Positions 61,203 to 64,000 of a stretch of DNA of 64,000 nucleotides are shown one piece after another. This DNA comes from Candidatus Brocadiia bacterium (GTDB taxonomy: Bacteria > Planctomycetota > MHYJ01 > JACQXL01 > JACQZI01): the NCBI GenBank assembly GCA_020051675.1, contig JAGVQN010000085.1, positions 8,170 to 72,169 on the forward strand. The letters are read 5' to 3'. The number at the start of each line of letters is the position of its first letter. Position 1 is the first letter of the stretch. The translations under genes were made by a program, and so were the position numbers. A model generated the notes under the pieces. That model had not been told where the DNA came from and did no database searches. It saw only the letters and a list, made by a program, of their open reading frames with translations.

Positions 61203-62537
61203 TTATTGTTTCCCGTTTTCTTTTGGGATAGAGAAACTTCCGCCTTTAAGCTCTATTTTTCCCCAGGAACCGTTAGACATCAAGCCGCCCGCGCCCGTGT
61301 GAATGACCGCCTCGGTGCCGGTTCCCGCCATGTTTTTCGTCCATATCCTGACTTCGTTCCTGGACTTAATGGTAATAAGCTGGTCTTTGGGAATCCATAC
61401 CAGTATTTCGCAGCTCAAAACCGAATTTTCCTGGTTGGTAAGGATGACATTCCCTTCGGCGCGGACTTCCTTAATCCCGTTGGTTTCCTGGTTAAGGAAA
61501 AGGGTCATCATATCCGTTCTTAACACCCCTTTGGAAGTAACCGTGGGTGTAAGCGTTTCGCCGGCCGGTTCTTCGGTTGGCACGTTATTAATATCCAATT
61601 TCGCGGTTGACTGGATTGCCCGCACCTTATTTTTGAATACAATCTTCTGGTAATACGGATAGATAAAAGCATCGCCTTCGCAGGTAATCCAGAGCGAGGA
61701 TGTATTGCCGGGCTTATTGGCCGGGGCATTGGCGGCGTTGGGCGGCGAATCGGTTAACAAGACGCTTTTTTTTCCTTTCAAGGCGATGACGCTTTCATTT
61801 AATACCGGGTCGCACAGTTCCATGATATCAGCTTTTAACACAAGCGTTTTGTTGGTGTCGGTGGAAGCCTCGGCGGGCCCGCCCGACGGCGAGGCCGGCG
61901 CTATGCGGGCCAGGAGCGCCTTATTGAAAACCACTTTCCTGAATTCGGTCTTGGTTGTTTTGCTGGCGGCGTTAAAAGAGCTGTCGATAATAATGGCGTT
62001 AAAGCTGTTTGCCGTCAGGGTGATTCCGCCGCTTTGGGTAAGTGTTATCGGTTTAGTGGAATATACAAATATTTCTTTCGGGAATTTATCTTTACCGCTC
62101 AGTAATTTTATGCCGAGCTCGGTTGTCTTGATTTTCCAGGTGTCATTTAAGGAGGAATCCGGGTTGCCGGGCATTTCCAGGTAGACGCTGTTTTTGAATA
62201 TGGCGGTGTTGTTATCCTGGGAAATGACTCCCTCATCCGCCTGCAGGACCAGATACCGGTTTGTCGGGGTGTTCACCCCTTCTTCCAAACCCAGGTAATA
62301 AGTGACCACCAGCGTTTTTAGCTGGTATTCGTTTTTGCTTTTATTGATAATGGCTTTTTCGCCTTTAGCCTGCCAGATAAGGGTTTCTTTTTCATATTGT
62401 GAATAAGACCAGCCGCCTTCGATAACCTGCTGCTTTTCAACCGGGGCGCGGGACGGGTCTTCCGCCTGCGCTAAAAGGCGCACGGCAGGAATAATCCCGC
62501 AAATAATAAATAATAAACAGGAGATAAATTTTCCCAT
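61203..62537 (-). CDS. Secreted OstA-like protein, possibly an LptC/LptA-type LPS-transport periplasmic component.
   Basis: It has a signal peptide and repeated OstA-like beta-jellyroll signatures (AEGNVILTNQENSVLSCEILVW...). Its start overlaps the kdsD stop as TAATG. Confidence 0.45.
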   Translation of the reverse strand: MGKFISCLLFIICGIIPAVRLLAQAEDPSRAPVEKQQVIEGGWSYSQYEKETLIWQAKGEKAIINKSKNEYQLKTLVVTYYLGLEEGVNTPTNRYLVLQADEGVISQDNNTAIFKNSVYLEMPGNPDSSLNDTWKIKTTELGIKLLSGKDKFPKEIFVYSTKPITLTQSGGITLTANSFNAIIIDSSFNAASKTTKTEFRKVVFNKALLARIAPASPSGGPAEASTDTNKTLVLKADIMELCDPVLNESVIALKGKKSVLLTDSPPNAANAPANKPGNTSSLWITCEGDAFIYPYYQKIVFKNKVRAIQSTAKLDINNVPTEEPAGETLTPTVTSKGVLRTDMMTLFLNQETNGIKEVRAEGNVILTNQENSVLSCEILVWIPKDQLITIKSRNEVRIWTKNMAGTGTEAVIHTGAGGLMSNGSWGKIELKGGSFSIPKENGKQ

Positions 62538-63517
62538 TAAACCAATCCTACATCCAATAAATCCTGGACATCCAGCATTCCGACCGGGCGTTTTCTGCCG
62601 TCAACTACGGGTAGCTCGTCTATCTTCTTTTCTTTAAGGATGCGCAATGCTTCCACTGCCAATGAGTTAGCGGTGGTTGTTAATGGGTTTGCCGTCATGA
62701 TGGATTTGACGGGGCGTGTCAGTATGTCAGGGCTTTTCTCTATGTGGCGCCTGAGGTCGCCGTCCGTGAAGATGCCGACCAGCTTTCCGGATTTGTTTAT
62801 GATGTTTACCGCTCCGGCGCGCTTTTGGGTGATGATGACCAGCGCGTCTTTTAACGGGCGGTCTTCCCGGATGACCGGATGGAGCTTTCCGGAGCGCATG
62901 ATTTCTTTCACTTTAAGCAGTCGCCTGCCGAGCTCTCCGCCCGGATGGTATAAAGCGAACTGTTCCCTGGTGAATTTGCGGTGCTTGAAGACCGTCAAAG
63001 CCAGTGCGTCGCCTAATGCAAGCATTGCCGTGGTAGATGCCGTCGGGACGATATCCCAGGGGCAGGCTTCTTTTATCTTGCCGGTTTCCAGGACGACATC
63101 GCTCAATTTGCCGATGGTGGATTTAGCCGAGCCGGTCATGGCGATGACCACCGCGCCGATTTTCTTTACGGCGGGCAGGAGTTTTACGACCTCTTCGGTT
63201 TCCCCGCTATTGGATAACAAGAGAACGATATCGTTTTTGGCGAGCCGTCCCAGGTCACCGTGGTAGGCTTCAGCCGGATGGAGGAAAAGCGAGGGCGTGC
63301 CGGTTGAAGCCAGCGTTGCTGAAATCTTTTCGCCTATTATTCCGGTTTTACCCATTCCGGTCACGACTACCCGTCCTTTGCAGGAAAGGAGCATCCCGAC
63401 CGCTTTCTCAAAAGAGGCGTCTATCCGCCCGGAAAGGGATTGTATTGCCTTTATTTCAGACAACAAAACGGTCCTCGCGTATTTAATATCCATATAAGTT
63501 GAGCATTTTACCAGCAA
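62537..63517 (-). CDS. kdsD: Arabinose-5-phosphate isomerase KdsD/KpsF (SIS domain plus tandem CBS domains).
   Basis: It has a SIS domain (VVTGMGKTGIIGEKISATLASTGTPS) and C-terminal CBS pairs. Confidence 0.85.
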   Translation of the reverse strand: MLVKCSTYMDIKYARTVLLSEIKAIQSLSGRIDASFEKAVGMLLSCKGRVVVTGMGKTGIIGEKISATLASTGTPSLFLHPAEAYHGDLGRLAKNDIVLLLSNSGETEEVVKLLPAVKKIGAVVIAMTGSAKSTIGKLSDVVLETGKIKEACPWDIVPTASTTAMLALGDALALTVFKHRKFTREQFALYHPGGELGRRLLKVKEIMRSGKLHPVIREDRPLKDALVIITQKRAGAVNIINKSGKLVGIFTDGDLRRHIEKSPDILTRPVKSIMTANPLTTTANSLAVEALRILKEKKIDELPVVDGRKRPVGMLDVQDLLDVGLV

Positions 63518-63557
63518 TATTCCCGAAAAGCAAGTTAAATTATATTTGAAATAAGTG

Positions 63558-63586
63558 CGGCGTGTTTATATAATGAAATATTGCAG
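63558..63586 (+). promoter_or_regulatory. Sigma70-type promoter for the site-2 protease gene.
   Basis: TTGAAA, then a 17-nt spacer, then TATAAT. Confidence 0.45.
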
Positions 63587-63600
63587 AGGGGGTTTATTGA

Positions 63601-64000
63601 ATGGATATAATCTGGTTAATAATATCGTTTACAATATTGGGTTTTTCCGCGATTATCCACGAATGCGCCCATGGATGGGTTGCTTATAAGCTGGGAGATA
63701 ATACGGCTTATTATCAAGGACGGATAACGCTTAATCCGCTAAAACACATAGACCCTTTTATGACCATTATATTGCCATTGGTGCTTTTTTTCACCAGCGG
63801 GTTTGTTTTTGGGGGCGCAAAGCCGGTTCCGATAAACCCGTATAATTTCCGTGATTCGGAAAAAGGGATGATGCTAAGCAGTCTGGCCGGTCCTTTTTCC
63901 AATTTGCTTCTGGCGATAACAGGGTTTTGTTTCTTTCTGTTGTTTGCTTTTCTGGCGAATAAAACGACCTTTAATCCGCGTTTATTGGAATTTAATATAA
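63601..64000 (+). CDS. Site-2 protease family (M50) membrane metalloprotease. It is 3' partial and runs off the end of the window.
   Basis: HECAHG (HExxH) sits in the first TM helix. Hydrophobic TM segments follow. A Shine-Dalgarno GAGGGGG lies upstream. This gene is not in the ORF track because it has no stop in the window. Confidence 0.7.
   Translation, partial: MDIIWLIISFTILGFSAIIHECAHGWVAYKLGDNTAYYQGRITLNPLKHIDPFMTIILPLVLFFTSGFVFGGAKPVPINPYNFRDSEKGMMLSSLAGPFSNLLLAITGFCFFLLFAFLANKTTFNPRLLEFNI

Noticed and set aside
62640-63266. A 208-aa plus-strand ORF antisense to kdsD, together with ORFs antisense to metG at 20295-21395 and to kbl at 24600-25202.
   Set aside because: Same reasoning: they overlap strongly supported genes on the opposite strand.

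Overview
This 64-kb window is bacterial and moderately GC (~45-50%). Many GTG/TTG starts and one extremely large gene are reminiscent of giant-gene-bearing candidate phyla such as Omnitrophota, but that assignment is inference only. About 40 genes are supported. At the start of the window sits an archaemetzincin-like metallopeptidase. It is followed by an acetyl-CoA gene cluster: an acetyl-CoA hydrolase/transferase domain fused to a GNAT acetyltransferase, then an ADP-forming acetyl-CoA synthetase, then a stand-alone protein resembling the N-terminal regulatory (DRTGG) domain of phosphotransacetylase. Several envelope genes are present, including SPOR-domain lipoproteins, TPR lipoproteins and a SurA-like chaperone. 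The window contains thrS, then an inserted four-helix-bundle (Avd-like) gene flanked by inverted arrays of the heptamer TAGATTN, then infC with an AUU start, then rpmI. No rplT follows rpmI. On the minus strand there is a GAF-sigma54 enhancer-binding activator. Next to it lies an M16-like peptidase, followed by a 2-hydroxyacyl-CoA dehydratase with its activase. Also present are a LarA-family protein, metG with a GC-rich palindromic in-frame insertion, ruvX, kbl/bioF, nucleotide-sugar genes, an MFS transporter, tal, a crotonase, a metallophosphoesterase and nnrD. The centrepiece is a single uninterrupted 22,839-bp ORF (35448-58286) encoding a 7,612-aa protein. It has a signal peptide, three paralogous right-handed beta-helix modules of ~680 aa each, about 23 tandem Ig-like CARDB/DUF11-type repeats, SdrD-B/Cna-B-like domains, and a C-terminal outer-membrane beta-barrel that ends in Phe. 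This is the architecture of an autotransporter-like giant surface protein. Directly upstream of it is a near-perfect sigma54 promoter, two palindromic GGTAAC/TTACC activator-site candidates, a G-quadruplex-prone tract, and 12 tandem copies of a 22-bp unit that contains an 11-bp palindrome. After the giant gene come an amidohydrolase, a HAD hydrolase, an HD-domain protein, an LptC/LptA-like protein translationally coupled to kdsD, and a partial site-2 protease gene. A family of GTTACC...GGTAAC palindromic repeats recurs in intergenic regions. No rRNA genes, tRNA genes or CRISPR arrays were found.
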